Assembly (NCBI GenBank): GCA_045863395.1
Contig: BTVJ01000108.1
Coordinates: 1 to 22,502 of the forward strand
Length of the DNA stretch: 22,502 nucleotides
Direction of reading: 5' to 3'
DNA from: Myxococcales bacterium
GTDB taxonomy: Bacteria; Myxococcota_A; UBA9042; JABWCM01; BTVJ01
Positions 20,417-22,502 of the stretch are shown one piece after another. A model generated the notes under the pieces. That model ran no database searches, was not told the origin of the DNA, and saw only the letters and a list, made by a program, of their open reading frames with translations. The stretch's first letter is position 1, and each line of letters starts with the position of its first letter. Both the position numbers and the translations under genes were made by a program.

Positions 20417-21928
20417 ATGAAGAAGCTGTTCTTCGCCCTCGCCTTCACAGCCGTGGCCGCGGTCCCAGCCCAGGCCGTCACCGTGAGCCCGCGCATGAAC
20501 GTGCAAGGCTACGTGGCCTCGGCATCGGGCGCCCCGTCGAACGGCACCTACGTGCTACGCCTCTCCCTGCACACGGCCGCGTCGGGAGGCACCGAGCTCT
20601 ACGCGGTGATCCTGAGCGACGTCACCGTGACGGCAGGGAACTTTGATGTAACCATCGGGCCGATTCCGGCGGGAGCGCTCCACGGGTACGGATCCGTGTG
20701 GCTGGAGACGAAGGTCGGCGCGGAGGCGCCGTTGCCCCGCAAGGAGGTCCTCGCCTCCCCCTACGCGCTGCAGGCAGAGCACGCGAACACGGCGGACCTG
20801 GCGACCGCCGCGCAGGGGCTCTCGTGCTCCGGCTGCGTCACGGCGGCCCATGCGGGCTTCAACTACGCGGGCAGCAGCGCGCCGGGCGGTCCGGCCACGG
20901 CGCTGACGTGCTCGGGGTGCATCACGTCGGGCATGATCCAGGCGGGCGCTGTGGGCTCGGCGGCCATCGCCGACGGATCGGTCGGCAGCGCCGACGTCGC
21001 ATTCAACTACGCCGGGAGCGCCTCGAAGGGCGGGCCGGCGGCGAGCGCGGCGGACCTGACGTGTACGGGCTGTGTCACTACCGGGCACGTGGCGGACGGC
21101 TCCCTGACAGGCGCGGACATCCAGGACGGCACCGTCGCCAGCGGCGACGTGGGCTTCAACTACGCGGGCAGCACGTCGAAGGGCGGACCAGCCACGTCGC
21201 TCTCGTGCAGCGGGTGCATCACCGCGGGAATGCTCGGCGCGGGGTCGGTCGGCGCCGCGGCCATCGCGGACGGGTCCGTGGGCAGCGACGACGTGGGCTT
21301 CAACTACGCGGGAAGCGCCTCCAAGGGCGGGCCGGCCACGGCGCTGTCGTGCAGCGGGTGCATCACGTCCGGGATGCTCCAGGCCGGGTCCGTGGGGTCG
21401 GCGGCCATTGCGGACGGGTCCATCGGGAGCGCCGATGTCGGGTTCAACTACGCGGGGAGCTCGTCCAAGGGAGGAGCCGCGTCCAGCGCAGACGCGCTCT
21501 CGTGCAGCGGCTGCGTCACGGCGGCGCACGTGGCTGACGGCTCGCTGACCGGGGCGGACATCCAGGACGGGTCCATCGGGAGCGGCGACGTGAACTTCAA
21601 CTACGCAGCGAGCACGTCCAAGGGCGGGGCGGCGACGAACCTGGTGTGCAGCGGGTGCGTCGGGTCCAGCGACCTGGACCCCAACCTGTCCTTCTCGAGC
21701 AACAACGTCACCGACCTGACGGTCACGGGCAACGCCTACCTGTTCGGCGGCAACGGCGGCTACCAGTGCATCCTGTCGGGGAGCTGCCCGCCGGGATGGA
21801 GCAACATGGGCATGAGCGGGGTCCTGCTCAACAAGGGCAACGGCACCTGCGCCGGCATGGCCTTCGGGCAGGGGTCCGAGTTCAACTCAGGCTGGTGGTG
21901 GTGCCACCCCTACCTGTGCTGCCGCTGA
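20417..21928 (+). CDS. Secreted fibre/adhesin-like repeat protein (503 aa) with CxGC repeats and a Cys-rich C-terminal tip
   Basis: Signal peptide MKKLFFALAFTAVAAVPAQA, N-terminal domain QG...G.P.NG...L..AASGG..L...V..G.F.V.IG...WLE..VG...LPR..V.ASPYAL.A, five full internal repeats, and C-terminus WWWCHPYLCCR. Confidence 0.8.
   Translation: MKKLFFALAFTAVAAVPAQAVTVSPRMNVQGYVASASGAPSNGTYVLRLSLHTAASGGTELYAVILSDVTVTAGNFDVTIGPIPAGALHGYGSVWLETKVGAEAPLPRKEVLASPYALQAEHANTADLATAAQGLSCSGCVTAAHAGFNYAGSSAPGGPATALTCSGCITSGMIQAGAVGSAAIADGSVGSADVAFNYAGSASKGGPAASAADLTCTGCVTTGHVADGSLTGADIQDGTVASGDVGFNYAGSTSKGGPATSLSCSGCITAGMLGAGSVGAAAIADGSVGSDDVGFNYAGSASKGGPATALSCSGCITSGMLQAGSVGSAAIADGSIGSADVGFNYAGSSSKGGAASSADALSCSGCVTAAHVADGSLTGADIQDGSIGSGDVNFNYAASTSKGGAATNLVCSGCVGSSDLDPNLSFSSNNVTDLTVTGNAYLFGGNGGYQCILSGSCPPGWSNMGMSGVLLNKGNGTCAGMAFGQGSEFNSGWWWCHPYLCCR
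20858..21660 (+). repeat. Intragenic degenerate tandem repeats of 144/153 nt (48/51 aa) in order A-B-A-A-B plus a partial unit
   Basis: TTCAACTAC (FNY) anchors at 20858, 21002, 21155, 21299, 21443 and 21596, giving spacings 144, 153, 144, 144, 153. Confidence 0.92.
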
Positions 21929-22502
21929 TGAGGTCCGTCTGGATCCTGGCAGTGGTGGTGGCCGCCTGTGTGGAGGCCGCGCCAGCGCCCGTGGGAGCCG
22001 GGGACGCGGCAGCCGGAGGGGACTCTGCCGACACGGCGGAGCTGGCGGACGCAGCAGACGCGGCAGATACGGCGGAGACCTCCGGCCTGGACGCGGCCGC
22101 GGACGCGCGCGGCGACGACGCCCTCGGTGGGGCGGACGCCTCGCCGGACTCCTCTGCAGACACCGACGACGGAGACTCCGGGGAGGCAGACGGCGACGCG
22201 GACGGCGAGGCTCAGACGGACGTCGGGGCGGACACGCACGACGCCGACAGCTGCGTCACGGACTCCGAGTGCGACGATGAGGATCCCTGCACGACGGACA
22301 CCTGTGGGGCGGAGGGCTGCCTGTCCGTCCCCCTGGCGTGCGACGACGGCGACCCGTGCACGACGGACACCTGTGGGGCGGAGGGCTGCCTGTCCGTCCC
22401 CCTGGCGTGCGACGACGGCGACCCGTGCACGTCGGACACCTGTGGACCGGAGGGCTGCCTGTCCGTCCCCCTGGCGTGCGACGACGGCGACCCGTGCACG
22501 TC
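21928..22502 (+). CDS. Lipoprotein with an Asp/Ala-rich linker and Cys-rich CDDGDPCTxDTC repeats (3'-truncated, absent from the ORF track)
   Basis: ATG overlaps the upstream TGA (TGATG). MRSVWILAVVVAAC lipobox, acidic low-complexity linker, then 23-aa repeats. The frame stays open to the window end. Confidence 0.85.
   Translation, partial: MRSVWILAVVVAACVEAAPAPVGAGDAAAGGDSADTAELADAADAADTAETSGLDAAADARGDDALGGADASPDSSADTDDGDSGEADGDADGEAQTDVGADTHDADSCVTDSECDDEDPCTTDTCGAEGCLSVPLACDDGDPCTTDTCGAEGCLSVPLACDDGDPCTSDTCGPEGCLSVPLACDDGDPCT
22270..22502 (+). repeat. Near-perfect 69-nt tandem repeat encoding CDDGDPCTTDTCGAEGCLSVPLA (Dicty_CTDC-like)
   Basis: Units start at 22270, 22339, 22408 and 22477, the last one truncated. 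Confidence 0.95.

Noticed and set aside
9823..20496. Extended N-termini in the ORF track (9823, 10997, 11398, 16287, 17318, 18718, 20237, 20496)
   Set aside because: They overlap neighbouring genes or promoters. Downstream starts with SD, coupling or signal peptides fit better.
20820..21660. CxxC motifs as multiheme cytochrome c sites
   Set aside because: None is followed directly by His (CSGCVT, CSGCIT, CTGCVT, CSGCVG), so they are not CxxCH.
20417..21928. Fibre gene as a prophage remnant or DGR target
   Set aside because: It has a Sec signal peptide, and the window holds no phage genes, reverse transcriptase or template-repeat copy of the tip.
22270..22502. 69-nt repeat as a CRISPR array
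   Set aside because: Units are contiguous with no unique spacers, are a multiple of three and in frame, and no cas genes are present.

Overview
GC-rich bacterial DNA, probably Myxococcota or a relative, judged from the Asp/Ala-rich Cys-repeat lipoprotein, the Lgt variant and the long SufT. The window is almost fully coding and both ends look like contig ends. From left to right: (1) a signalling cluster of an outer-membrane beta-barrel, a half-size PBP-like secreted protein, a HAMP-GAF-coiled-coil hybrid histidine kinase with three receivers, CheR (no CheB), a candidate 34-aa small ORF and a REC-histidine kinase; (2) an OPA-family (GlpT/UhpC-like) MFS transporter with a Pho-box-like repeat in its promoter, divergent from a class I/II aminotransferase and a lipoprotein; (3) an operon of a small OM barrel, a glucodextranase-type DOMON protein, a MalKEFG-like sugar ABC transporter and Lgt, followed by sufT; (4) an aldo/keto reductase; (5) a secreted fibre-like protein with 48/51-aa CxGC repeats and a Cys-rich tip, translationally coupled to a truncated lipoprotein with 69-nt Cys-rich tandem repeats. 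I saw no rRNA, tRNA, CRISPR array or transposase. The best candidates for a poorly described system are the porin/mini-PBP/methyl-accepting kinase cluster and the CxGC-repeat fibre pair. All family calls come from motif recognition, not database searches.
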